Assembly (NCBI GenBank): GCA_051294905.1
Contig: CM119371.1
Span: forward strand, 14,758,001-14,822,000
DNA: 64,000 nt
Source of the DNA: Botryllus schlosseri
Lineage: Eukaryota
Direction: 5' to 3'
The notes beneath the pieces are model-generated. The model was not told the origin of the DNA, did not search any database, and saw only the letters and a program-made list of their open reading frames with translations. Every line of letters starts with the position of its first letter. Position 1 is the first letter of the stretch. The position numbers and the translations under genes are program-made. Positions 49,740 through 62,644 of this stretch are shown one piece after another.

Positions 49740-50754
49740 CAGGGTTGCCATACCGTCCTTATTTCTAAGATTTGTCCTTATTTTGAAGGGCCACGTCTTA
49801 GAAAACTCAACTGTCCTTATTTCTAAGAAATGTCCTTATTTTCGACTTGTGTCCTTATTTTGTCTTATTTTCAACCATTACAGAACTTCGATCGTTTTAC
49901 TCTGGTATATGTGTTATAATAATATTCTAAAATTACGCTTTTGCGTCGAGATTTTATGACAACATAAAGGAAAGGAACTCTCGTGGCGTGCACACCATAA
50001 AATTTGACTTCCAAGTGGTGAGATAGCTAGGGCAGTGAGTGGTTTCGTCTGTATACCACGCTACCATACCGGACGTCATTTTAGCAGTAAACAGCAGTAC
50101 CAGGTTCCTGCTGTTCGGTCTACAACAGAATAAGCTCAGGCTATGGGGAAGGCAGCATTTAGTGCGTAGTGAAAAAAGGCGCAGTGCAGTCGACACATTG
50201 GTTAAAAAGTAGTAAAGCTATTAATCATTGCTAAATATTTCTAAATTATATTGCCCTTGCGCACATAGTTTTAGCTACTAATAAGGCTAAATCTGATTAG
50301 TTAAAATAAGCAGGCGCAAGAACGTTTTTCGTGATGATTATGAGACATAATTCAAAAGTATCAAATGAAGCTTGAAGGGCGAGTGTTTCGCACATTGCAA
50401 TATCTGCAATTGTAACATTAACTTGGAGGCCATAGGAAAGACCGCTATTTCATTTCACATTGATACCCCAAAACACAAAAAATATGTTATAATGATTAAT
50501 TTGAGCCAGTCGATGAATAATTTTCCCATACGTCGATCAGCACCGGCGGCCACATACGACAAGGCAGTTGCTGCAGAGGGTACCTGGGCATTCCGTACTG
50601 TCAAACATTGGCAATCATTCCTCACCAACGATTGCACATCGCAATTGTTCAAACTCAAAGCAATATTATCCGATCCAAACATCGGGGAATATTCTCATGC
50701 TAATTTAATTTTTCGACCGTCCTTATTTTTGGGTCCATGTCGATGGCAACCCTG
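49740..50754 (+). mobile_element. Internally deleted hAT element with a transposase N-terminal remnant
   Basis: CAGGGTTGCCAT...ATGGCAACCCTG with GTCCTTATTT repeats. ORF 50372-50755 has a BED-like CNIC...H...KH and AAEGTWAF. No TSD recognised. Confidence 0.7.
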
Positions 50755-51257
50755 AAAGTGTGGAATGTGGAAAATTTTTACGCAAAGACGAGCAAAACTA
50801 ATAGTCTACTTCTGACGTAATAATGAGCAATGGTATTTGAAAATCAGACGTTTGTGACTCAATAACTTATATAATATCTCTTGCTTGTTAACGAATGTTC
50901 AGTTTATGTCACAGTCGTCGTACAAATAAAAGTAATCGTTCTTTCACAAAGAAATCGATTAAATATGCGAAGTAGTCGATTACGATTACGATTACTTCGG
51001 AATTTTTTCGAATGTAATCGATTACGATTACTTGAAAATGCTGTAATCGTCGTAATCGATTACGATTACTAATCGCGACTACCCCATGTCTGCATAGGAC
51101 ATAAGATGTTGCCATGTCCAATGTTCACTTGAAACCCAGGGTTGTAATGACTCGAGTCATTTTCTGAAAATATGGAAATGACTCGACTCTATTTAATCCG
51201 TGTATTGACTTGACTTGGACTCGAGTCATTGCGCATGACTCGAACCAAGTCATATTA

Positions 51258-53302
51258 CCGTAATTTTCCATGTATAATCCGCAAAATTTTCACGATTTTT
51301 TTGCCCTAAAATCAGGTGGTGCGTATTATACATGGGAGCAACACGCTTGAAAAAAATCTCCCTCGATAAAAAACTTGAAAGCACACCTTTCTTCATGTTC
51401 GTTTCCAATCGCGCATCACTTTCAGCCATCGTGCCCAGTAATTCGTATTATCAGTGTAACGCGCTACCAATTAGCAAAAAGCGTGTTGCCAATTAACGAG
51501 AGTCGTCTGCACAGCACGCAATCTCCTGCCTAGTTGGTTTGCCGTTTGCACGCGAGCGAAATTAGGTCATTCATTGATTGCTGAACGCGCGCACGGCAAT
51601 CCTCGCTGATTCATCGACAGGCCATGTGCGCAAAATATATTCGCTTGCGTAATCAGTCGCACCTCCAACAGGCGTGGTGTGCACGACATGACCGTTGGCC
51701 TGAGCAATCGCATCTGACCTCGTGCGCAAGATGTCGCGTCGCCGGCCTCGCAGGCTTTGGCTGCTATCTACTATCGTACAGAGGCAATACCTTTACTTGT
51801 ATAATGATTAGCAATCGCATCTGTAATAGGCCTCGTGCGCAAGACGTCGCGTCGCTGGCCCGAACTGTCGCGTCGCCAGCCTCGCAGGCTTTGGCTGCTC
51901 TGTACTATCGTTTAGAGCAGGGGTGGGCAAACTACGGCCCGCGGGCCGCATGCGGCCCTCCACACTGTTCTGTGCGGCCCGCGAGAGTCTAAAGAAACTT
52001 AATAAAAAATATTGATAAAATGCGTACTAAAAATCTAATTAATGCAGGGACTTGATTAAACTTTTTAGTATATTTCACCATGATAGTTTTAAGGAAGTGG
52101 TTCTTAAACTAGGGGGCGTCCCCCCCTTGAGGGCGTGAAAGCATCTGAAGAGGCGTGCGAAGCTGAGATCAACTGAAAAATTTTTTCGCGCTCGGCGCGA
52201 TTTACGTTCGTTTCACAGTTATTGCTCTGTATTTAGTTTGAATTTCACATTTCAAAATCCCTCATCCACAGTAGTAGCCTTCCATGCCACCTAACTACCC
52301 GTTAGGTTGGCTAGCATCCTGGTTGCGTTTTGTGATATGACGATAAGGGGGACGCGAAATCTTTCACCATCATAAGGGGGCGTGAGTTGTAAAGTTGAGG
52401 ACCACTTTTCTAGGATAAATAATGCACATATTATATTTTATGTTTAATGTCTGGTGCGACAGCCTGATATTAAAGCCCACGTAGCTTGAAAGGTTTCAAC
52501 TGCTAAACATCACAGAAATTCTGAACGAGATTGACGCAATTCGGATCACGAGTGTGATTTCAGATTGGCTAGTCCAGTTTTAATTATTTCAGTGATATGC
52601 TTGTAAAAAACGATTCGCACGTGTATTAGGTAGATTTGTTCTCTGTATTCGTAGAGTTAGGGTATTTATATTTTATCTACACACAGAAGAAGCGTGTTTG
52701 AGGCTAACATGGCTATGATGCTGTCAGCATTGTGTGTCCTGGAGCTGAACCAAAAATGGAATTGGCAAATCTATGAACAGATCGCTGCTGACAGATTTAA
52801 ATTTCAATCCTGTTCTAAGAATCGGGACCACCGACTTTCATCTCTATAGTTTTAACAAATTGGTCATTGAAGTCGACCAGCCTATGAAATCTCGCCACTG
52901 TTACTGACGCATGTACGACAATAGCAAAGCAATGCTTGGTTTCTTTTAAATAAGCATCTCCATGTCCTCATTATATAATCAAATACCAACATTGCGTTTT
53001 CGTTTATAATCCCAATTTTATGTAGTGCGGCCCGGGAATGAATTCGTATGTTGAATGCGGCCCGCGAACTCAAAAGTCTGCCCACCCCTGGTTTAGAGAC
53101 AATGCCGTTAATTGCATAATGATTAGCGATGGTTATGTCATGATTGTTCGCCAGTGACATCGCAAAACAGAACAACATCGCGTACTAAAACACAGCTATT
53201 CATGTACTGTGAATGCAGGGTGCGTACTATACATGGGTACAGGCTTTTTCCCAGAATTTGCATGCCATTTTAAGGGGGCGTACTATACTTGGAAAATTAC
53301 GG
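51258..53302. mobile_element. pogo/Tigger-like MITE (same family as 10525-11318) with a nested hAT
   Basis: TA|CCGTAATTTTCC...GGAAAATTACGG|TA; colinear with the first copy outside the insert. Confidence 0.88.
51918..53090. mobile_element. Nested hAT-type element
   Basis: CAGGGGTGGGCA...TGCCCACCCCTG; TSD GTTTAGAG at 51910-51917 and 53091-53098. Empty site GTTTAAAG at 11091-11098. Confidence 0.92.
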
Positions 53303-55632
53303 TACTCGAGACTCAGACGGCCAAGACCGACATTTCCTTGTGATTTCGAGGAGAAGTCAAGTAACCACACTCTTGGGATTTCGTCTATTGGTACTGGTAC
53401 TTGAAAATGCGACCAGAAACTGCTAAACGTAAAGAAAATTAGTATATTATAAATTCGAACGAATCGATATCACCAAACAATTATAAAAAGTGGGTTTAAA
53501 AGGACTTAAAGTGGAACTGCTAGCGTGCAAACTTACGGCATTTACACAATTTACTATACCACTTGTGATAGTATTTCGAAAGGGTTAATGAAACGTTTGG
53601 ATCACAGCATTCACTACCAAACGAATAGTTAGAAATCACAAACGTAGCTTCAATACTCAATGTATGATGGGAAAATGTCCATCGGTCAAAGAAAAATCGA
53701 AGAATGATCTTGCCTCGATCATATTTTATGCTTCTTCTACAGCTAGGTAACTCAACCCTGGCTATAAGTATTTTATGTTTTCTGTTTTCATTTCCTCATT
53801 CAGGTAGATGCTTTCTGTAACCAGTCGAAGAGGCTAATGTTAATGCTTTTGTTCTACTCTTAGAATTGACTGACTTCTATTTGAAAATTTCGAAAATGTG
53901 TGATTGTATTCCACGGAAATTATCATTATTAACGTAGGTGGTTACCGGCAGTTATTAGTGCAGGTTATTTTGTCGATATGAATGATTTGTGTGCGCTTTG
54001 ACTCTAACCATGTGTATTTTAAAAACAGCACTATAATCTATAAAAATATCCTTGACAAGTTATTGGTTACCATTATGCAGGTTGTTTATCAAGATGTGGC
54101 AAGGCATGCTATGAGGATGCTCGAGGAATTACATCGAATGAAGCAAGATCATGATCATTGTGATTTCATAATCCAAGTCAGAGATGATGTCTATCGTACA
54201 CACAAAAATGTATTGTCGGCTGGTTCCGCTTATTTTAGAGCCATGTTGAAGTATGACACGAAAGAGAGTCGCGACAGAAAAGTTGTTTTGAAAGATGTGG
54301 ATTCTCAGTGTGTGAAAAATTGCATCGATTTCATATATTCGGGTAAATTTGAGATTCCTGATGGAAGAATCATTGAACTTCTTCACGTCGCAATGATGAT
54401 GCAGCTGGATGATGTAAAGCAAGCCGTATCCGATATTATGGAGGAATCAATCACCATTGAAAATTTCTTCTCTACCAGAAATGTTGGTGATATTTATGGA
54501 CTGGTTGATGTTTCTTCGAGATGCAGTATATTTTTACAAGAAAATATCATGGAAATCTCAGACCAAGCTGGATTTGTAAGCATTGAAAAAGATGACCTTC
54601 TCAGTCTTTTGAAGTCAGGGAAACTGAAATTATGGGAAGAAGAAAAACTTGCATTATCGCTCAAATGGATCGAGAAATGTCAAAGTAAAAGCAAATATTT
54701 ACACGAATTTCTCAAAGTAATCAAGTTTTATCTAATATCCCCGCCATATTTACAACAGATTTTAGAAACTGACCCCCGTCTAAGGCCCTTTTCATACCGG
54801 ATTTACGAAACTCTTTCGGGAACAAGTTCCGAAACAGGCGATGTTCACATAGAGAAAAAATTACCGAAACAGTTCCGGGAAAAAGGCGCGTTCATACCTA
54901 TTTAGAGTTACCGCGAACTTATGTTCATACAGGTCGTTTTTTCGGTAAATTCTCGGGAAATTATGGCCAGTATGAACGCGATTCTCCGTAAGTGTTGATA
55001 GTTACGAAACCATGTCTGTGGGGTGTTCCAGTTGTAATATGCTTGTGGAAAACAATGTGGGAGAGGCATATACGTGAGATGCGGAGAAGTTGGCTCCAAC
55101 TTTTAGCTATGGGATGTTGCGGATATGCCTTCTCGAAGTGTATGGGGCTCTATACTCAATATCTGTATCAGTAATAGAGCCCGAGCATGTTCCTGCCGCT
55201 GGCTTGTATATTATCAACCGAAGCTGAGAGCAGAAACTGAAAGCCAGCAAAGAGGATAGAGTCCTGGAATGAAAAGAACCACCGATCACATCTGGGTACG
55301 ACTGTTACGAGGTACGACAAAGTCAGTTTATCTTTGTGATTGCTGTATAATGGTTTAGGTAAATCTAATCTTATGTACACTGTACAGAGAAACCAGGGAA
55401 ATCAAGAAATTCGTGAGAGAAACATTTGGTATATTCTGCGACGAGCTTCGAGACCATAACGAAAAGCAACAAGCAAATTACACGAACTCAATTTCTCTTG
55501 CTTGCTGAGTAGCTGTCGCTCTTTGGAGGCTAGCCAATGAAGCCAATCGTTTATAGATCCAGGTAAACATCAGATGTGTTTTAAGAAGGCAACTGTCACA
55601 AGTTGATTTTAATAAAAATTGCTGGTGCCTAG

Positions 55633-56147
55633 TAGGGCTAGCCACAATGATTCGATTCGAGTACTCGAATCTGAATCGAGTATCAACTTTATTGATTCGA
55701 GGCTAGTCGTAAAATACTACTTTTCGAGTAGTCTACTGAAATTATACTGAAAGTTGATTTACTAACTAGAATTATACCGTAGTTTTGATAAACTTTTCCA
55801 CTGAGTAAACCTTGAAACCTTGATTGGCCGTGTCGCAACATACGAGATATAGTACAAAGCTACGAACGTTGCTGGAAATAACACATTTCCGAAGTCATGG
55901 CCATCCCATATAACACTGTCAAGCAGTGCAATGAAAACGGTATGGTCGAAAAAACATTGAAGTATCTTTAATGTGACGGACAATAGGCGTTATGTTCTTT
56001 ATGGTGGCATAAAAGGTAGCCTACACATTTGAATTTTGGCATGGTACATTGTGTTGTGATGTCATCATGATGATACTCGACTCGACTCGAAGCGTAATAA
56101 GTGATTCAGAATCGAATCACTCAGGTACTCTATTTTGCCCAGCCGTA
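55633..56147. mobile_element. hAT-type MITE nested in the Harbinger element
   Basis: TAGGGCTAGCC...GCCCAGCCGTA; imperfect TSD GTGCCTAG/GTGCATAG; ATTCGA/CTCGA repeats. Confidence 0.7.
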
Positions 56148-56742
56148 GTGCATAGTAATATTTCTATATTTGTCATGGCGGAATGTCAGCCAGTTTTTGA
56201 GTAGCATACCACTGCAAAAAGGTCAGACAAATTTGGTCTTGAATCATTATGTCAGAAAAAGAAGTCTGAAAGACCAATTGTTCTTGCCAAGTAGGCTACT
56301 TTCTGTCTCAAAAGTAAGACCCAAATTGATGGAAAATAGACTTAAACTGGAAACTGAGCAATCAACACAATGACTTTGACTCGAGTCATAAAACCATGAC
56401 TCGAACTTGACGCTCTGCTCGATGAGTTGGACTCGGATTTGACTCGGTGATAAATTGAAAGTGACTCGACTTGAATCAAGTCAAAACTATTGAAGTGGGA
56501 TCGACTTGTGACTTGGTTACAACCCTGCTCACTTGACTGAAATTGAGACCAAATTTGTATATTTTTTGTAGTGTAGTCAGACATGTACATCAACCTACTT
56601 ATTTATTTACTTATAGTTACTAAAACTATGTAGTTCTAGTTGTGGATTTCAAAAAATACAGTTTCTGGTTCTAGTTGCGGATATTTGAAAGTGAGTAGTT
56701 CTAGTTCTAATAGTAGATTTTGAAAAGTTGATAGTTCTAGTT

Positions 56743-57397
56743 CAAGGCCGGCCAACCCGTGGCCCGCGAGTTAATTTCCGAAATCAGTAGTATTATCAAA
56801 AATGGATTGCACAGATTGTGAACTTGCAAGGCCAATCAAAAATTTGATTAGTCTGGCCGCAGCACTTGAGATGTGATGACTGAAATATCAGTTCCGACGC
56901 ATTGATAGGTCTATGAGCCAGTCACATATTGGTATATCTTCATACACTACAATAAAGCAGAATACTTTGCGATAGATTAATCAAAAGTAAAAAATTTCTA
57001 CACGCTTAGCGCAACATCCTGTCACTCGATTTCTTGCTTTTAATATTGTTACCCCTTTGTGAAAATGAAAGAACGCCTAATCTATCAGATTGAGTCTAAC
57101 TATATATATATTCGCAACCTCCTGTTTGCGCTCGCAGAAAGACCGCCGACTATGAAACCCAGGCACAAAATGATTGCCGCATGTTGGACGAAGGTGATAT
57201 CGATATGTCCAGGTGCCGAATAGTCCAGTCCTTGCAAACTGAGCCCAGCGATATACAGCAAGCTTACAATATAGTCAAGTGACAATATTATTTATTTATC
57301 AACTTCAAAAAATTTTCGTGCTTTGCGCGGCTAGTGGCTGGTGGAATAGTTCGTCAATCGAATGTGGTGATTTGGCTGAAAAGGTTGGCCACCGCTG
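56743..57397. mobile_element. hAT-type MITE within a TAGTTC-rich repeat inside the Harbinger element
   Basis: CAAGGCCGGCCAACC...GGTTGGCCACCGCTG; imperfect TSD TTCTAGTT/TTTTAGTT. Confidence 0.6.
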
Positions 57398-60300
57398 TTT
57401 TAGTTGCTAGTTTAAAAAATTCAGTAGTTCTAGTTGAAGTTGCGCATTTTGAAATTCCATTTTGAAATTCCAGTACTTTGTACAAGTCTGAGTGTTGTGG
57501 GTGGATAAAAAATTACCACAGCAACATTTGTACCAAACATGCATTTGCTGCATTCAAGTTTTTTCAGGATGACTTCATGATTGGGAGCCAGAGGGTTCCG
57601 TACTAGCCTTTTAGCCTACATAACTGATGACGCAGCCTATCCCTTTCAGCCCCGGCTCATGGAGCCTTTTCCCTGAAACACAAACAAAGCATAAGCTAAA
57701 GCTAATTTCAAATATGTAATACGAATTTCCTTTCTGCTGCCCTTAAAATTCACAATTGCTTTTTCAGAAACTTGGCAAAGCACACATGAAGGTTGAAAGA
57801 TTTTGGTCGACTGAAGGCGCGGTGCTCAGCTTTTCTCATAAACTGCAATCCGCTAAGGCCAGAAGATACAGAGGATGGTATACGCAATGAAGACAAGACC
57901 TGGTGGTGATCTAAGTATCGCTGGCCCAGACGTCGGAAATGCCCTGTGTGACTTTCTCAATAAACAATGCTCTTGCTTAACCAGATGTGTTTGTGCTGTT
58001 TCATTTTATTCATGAGAGAAACTATAACTTAATGCACACTTGCACAGTTCCGCCTTTTCACCTTTTTCATCAGTATCCTCCATCTAGACCTGCGAAAAGA
58101 TCAAATTAAGTTACACTTGCCTAACCTTGCATGACAAAGGAATGACTTGATTGTTTTCCTTTGTTATGCAACAAGAAAATGAAGGCATAGGTGAAAACCA
58201 AATTATGGCTTGGATGATGTACGATGGCTTACCAGCCAGTTGGTACAATTTGAATTTTGGTTAGTGAGTCAGAGCTAAGGACATCATTCTCTGCTGTGCT
58301 GCCACTATCAAAGCAGATGTTACTAAATCCCCTTTTCAGTAGGCGTATATGACGGTGAGTCGGTGACTAACCTACACACAGCATATCCGTGGTTAGAAAC
58401 TTCCCTTTGATGTAACAAATTTGGTAAGGGTTAAGATCACCTACCAAATTAGTGTTGAAGTGCTAACATTTTCAGGCAACTCACCCAATGCTGCATCATT
58501 TGGAGATGGTGTTCTACCTTTTAAGCCGTGCTCTGTTTACAAAACCACAGAAAAAAGAAGCCGACTAGTAGTCAGTGACTACGTATTGTGAGCACTGAGC
58601 ATACAGAATATAAATCCAAGAATAATGCATTCCCAACACCATTACCAAGAAGATCAAAATGCCGCAGGTATCTGACCTCGAAATACAAGCAGCCTGAATG
58701 AACAGCGCGTTACGGTAACTAAAAGTTTGATTGACAGCGTCCCTGGAACCCAGCTGCGCCATTCGTGTTCATACTCAGTCGGTCCCGTAAAAATCTCCGA
58801 AAATAAGCGCGTTCATACCGCCCCGAATCACCAGTGTTATGTTCACATAGAGGGGTTCCGGTAAACATTTTCGAGAAATGTTATTCCCGGAACCCCGGTA
58901 TGAAAAGGGCCTAAGTAACGACTTCGAGCTGTACAAGGTATTCAATGATCATATTATGAAAGCCTCCGTTAAGGCAAAAGAAGATAATGACGCTGACAAA
59001 ATGATAATTCTTTTTGATGATGTCGCAGAATGCCTCCGATCCTTTAATCCAATAACCGAGGAAATAGAAAAGTTCCATGATGCGGAGTTGCATTTCTCGT
59101 TGCATTTCACAGCGATTTCCCATGACTCATATATTTATGTCTTTTCTGAAGCTAAATCTTTTCATCGACTCAATTTCCAGAGAAAAAATTCAAAATGGGA
59201 AAAGATGGATGATATGATTTGTGACCATGGTATGTCTCCAAGCTCGGTTTATTTAACTGGATCCATAATCGTTATTGGAGGAAGTGGTTATGCAGAAAAA
59301 GCTGATGTCGAAAGATTTGACCCATCTGTAAATCAATGGTTTCTACTTCGAAACAAACCTACAGCAATTTCTGATGCAACTCTCGTGTCGTTGGATGGTT
59401 CCATCTATTATATCGGTGGTTGGCGAGATGGTGTCGAAGTTTCTTCATTCTGCAAATTCACTCCATCCTCATCAGAGTGGGTTGATCTCGAGCCAATGAG
59501 ATATCATGCTGATAGCTGTGGTGTTGTTGCAGTTGATCAAAAGATATTTGTAACCGGTGGGTATAGTGAAGAAGATACTGTCAACAATGTAGAATGTTAC
59601 GATGTTACTTCATCTCAATGGACTTCATTGCCATCTATGAATTCATGTCATGGTCGCAATACTGCTTTTTGCATCGGCAATTGGATATTTGTAGTGGACT
59701 GGCTTGGCAAATCCGATGACATTGAGAAGTACGATTTACTGAACAAAGAATGGCATGGCATTAAAAAAAATGAAGATCAATCTTTCGTAGTTGGCGGATC
59801 TGCAATGGTGAAGATATAAATGACTGGTTCTGAAACTAAATACCGCCATCACTTCTTAACGACATGACATATTGTAACATGAACTAAAAACCTCTGGTAT
59901 AATGTCCAAACAATAACGCTTGAGCTTGGAACAAGTTTCAGATGTGCTATCCTAATACATTTGATGTATTTCCTTGATGACCATTTCTCTTGAGCGACTT
60001 TTACGTCAAATTAGTCAGTCTTAGTACTCAAAGTAAAAAAAGTAGAAAATGCCTGGGTTCTAACCTAGTCACAAGGTTCCGAGTTTCAAGTCAATCTCAA
60101 GTCTGACTCGTAGCGTTTTGACTGAAATCCAACTCATTGTTTTGACTGTTCAGTTTCGAGTTGATCTTGGTAAATCCACTTTTCACAAATCTGCTTGGTG
60201 TTATCCAATGCTTTCATTCATAATATACCAATGTACCTCACTTTTACCAATTTCTGGTCTAACAGTACTAAATTACTAATAGATAAAATACCAATAGTGT

Positions 60301-60936
60301 GGTAACTTCACTATTCTTCAAAATTACGATGAAATATCGATCTTGGCCGCCTGAGTCTCGATTCGTATGACTTGGTCCAAGTCGTGCGCGATGAGTCGAG
60401 TCAATATACAGATTTATTGAACAAAAAATTGCATAGCATGAAAAAGGAAGCAGGCGTAGATTACTCCTTCATTTTTGTTACAGTTTATTGCTTGACTGTT
60501 TTTATAAACTCTGTCATTTGTCATTCATCTTTGCCAGCTGTTTTTTTGCATCCGATCCGAGTTGCGATAATGTTAACGTTCATCTACACTCGTTGACTTG
60601 CAATAATTTGATGGTGTTGTCTCACTGCGTTGCTCTTTCTAGACTGGCAAGTCCAATTTTTTTTCATTTGTATTCGTTCCGATGTATGATTGCGATTCTC
60701 CAATGTATTATTTGAAACAGAATTTTCAGATTGTTGGATAAGTTACTCATGAGTAAAATGTATTATCGTTGCGATACTCAGGTGTCGGACAGATTCAGAT
60801 TCTCAAGAACCTGCCTGCCCTTTAACACGGTAACAAGAGCAAACGGAGCTGCCATAAGTCAACTTTCAAATCCTATAGGCTTTCTTTGTCTTTGTTTTAT
60901 AGAGGATAGAGGATTGCCCATTTGGTAACACTAGCT

Positions 60937-62429
60937 CAGTGGTTCCCAACGGGGGAGGAATTCCCCCCTCGGGGGTAATTTTGCAATTTTTAGGGAGGAA
61001 TTCCACTTTAGAATTGTAACGTATTTCCCAAATTGTTCATGTCCGAACTGTCATGTAGTCAACCATGTTATATTTGAACGTATGCTCCTTATGCCTGTTT
61101 TTTGTTTGCTGAAAGTATGTTCAAATGTTATTTGAAATCTCTTTTTCACATACAAATCCCCCCTTTCAAACTAGTTCAGATTTTCTGCAATTTTGTAGGC
61201 CAGCGACGGCCTCTCAATCAAATATATCCTAAGCGAGCAAATGTCGTGCCGAATCTATCACAAGGCCTCTAGTGAAAAAAAAAATTTTATATTTTCAAGT
61301 CAACATTTTCAGACAGTGACAAAATATTCCAACGTCATCGATTCAAGTCAAAGAGATCGCTAGCCTTGCTTTATTTTTAGTGAACAGCAACCTGATCGAA
61401 AAAAGACATGTTAAACTCGGTGCAATGTTGCCGAAACGTAATGGATGTTTTAAATTTCAATGAGCTCCAGCAGGGAGTCTGATCACGTGTACGTTATGTA
61501 TCAATGCTGTAACCAACTCCCGAGTCTCACTTTCATAATTTTGACTCGAGTCAATTCGAATCACTTTCAATTCACCATTGGGTCAAGTCCGAGTACAAGT
61601 CACCGAGCACAGGGTAGAGTCCGAGTCATGGTATTATGACTCGAGTCCAAGTCCAAGTCACACTCAAGTCAACACTGTTTGGTGGTATTGAATGATTTGG
61701 ATTCGTTATATACTAATTTTCCTCACTTTGAGCAGTTTCTTGTCGCATTGTCAAGTACCAAGATCACTAAATAAAATTCCGATAGGGTGGTCACTTTACT
61801 GTTCTTCGAAATTACAATGACATGTCGGTCTTGGTCGTCTTATAGTCTCGAGTCATATGGCTTGGTTCGAGTCATGCACAATGACTCGAGTTCAAGTCGA
61901 GTCAATACCCAGATTGTCTCGAGTCGAGTCGTTTCCGCATTTTGAGAAAATGACTCGAGTCAAATCGAGTCATCAGAAAATGGTGACTCGATGAGTCAGA
62001 CTCGAGTCTGGTCAACCCTGCCATATGTGAAAGTACCAATATTATTGGACAAATGCATACGCAAGCTTGAGAAAAAAATCGCGAGACCAGTAAACTTATG
62101 CATACTGATTTTTCACAGCAGTTGTTTTAGCGATTGGTGCATATAGTAAGCCTAAAACAAAAATGGAAGTGTGGGAGTCTGTCGAGTCAAGCCTTCCAGA
62201 ATTTGTTTGATTGAGACCAAGACCAGTGTTTTTGGAGGTCTGCAAAGTGTTATTACAGCACTGCTAGAAACAAACACTCGGTACAGCCCGTCTTATTCTC
62301 TCGGTCAACAGGTGTTTGCGCGGTAAAAATGATCTTTTTTAATCATCGGGCAGATTTATCCTAAGGGGGGAATTTTGGCTTAAATTCCGGCCAAGGAAGG
62401 CACGAGATGAAAAAGGTTGGGAACCACTG
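60937..62429. mobile_element. hAT-type element with a nested GACTC-rich MITE
   Basis: CAGTGGTTCCCAAC...GTTGGGAACCACTG; TSD CACTAGCT at 60929-60936 and 62430-62437. Confidence 0.9.
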
Positions 62430-62644
62430 CACTAGCTGATCTGACATTAAGTCAGGTAAAAACTCTGGAATTAGCCGAATATATTGGCTAGGACTTTTAG
62501 ATTCCCAGCAAACACTCGATGTCCAGTTGACTTCCGGTGGAATAGCTGGCAGGACATCCGGTTACTTCCGGCCGTTACCTCCCTGGAGTGAGTTTGTCGA
62601 CAACTAGAGACGTCCTGTCCACTCGCTGAGTACGTCCGCAATGA

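Larger units (their letters stand above)
46959..51092. mobile_element. 4.1-kb hAT-type element with CGATTA subterminal repeats and nested inserts
   Basis: CAGACATGGGGT...ACCCCATGTCTG; TSD CATAGGAC at 46951-46958 and 51093-51100. Confidence 0.9.
54784..58911. mobile_element. Non-autonomous PIF/Harbinger element (4128 bp)
   Basis: Perfect 17-bp TIR GGCCCTTTTCATACCGG, TAA TSD (54781-54783, 58912-58914), and GTTCATAC/GTTCACATAG subterminal repeats at both ends. Transposase-like remnant ETFGIFCDELRDH...VAVALWRLAN at ~55418-55560. Confidence 0.93.
54075..59819 (+). pseudogene. BTB-BACK-Kelch gene split by a Harbinger insertion; both halves open
   Basis: 54075-54783 joined to 58915-59819 gives 1614 nt (537 aa, ...DPRLSNDFELY...), the same length as 7716-9329, with no internal stop. 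Confidence 0.9.

Noticed and set aside
57500..58762. Harbinger Myb/SANT second gene
   Set aside because: Expected for the family, but no Trp-repeat motif could be read out by hand.
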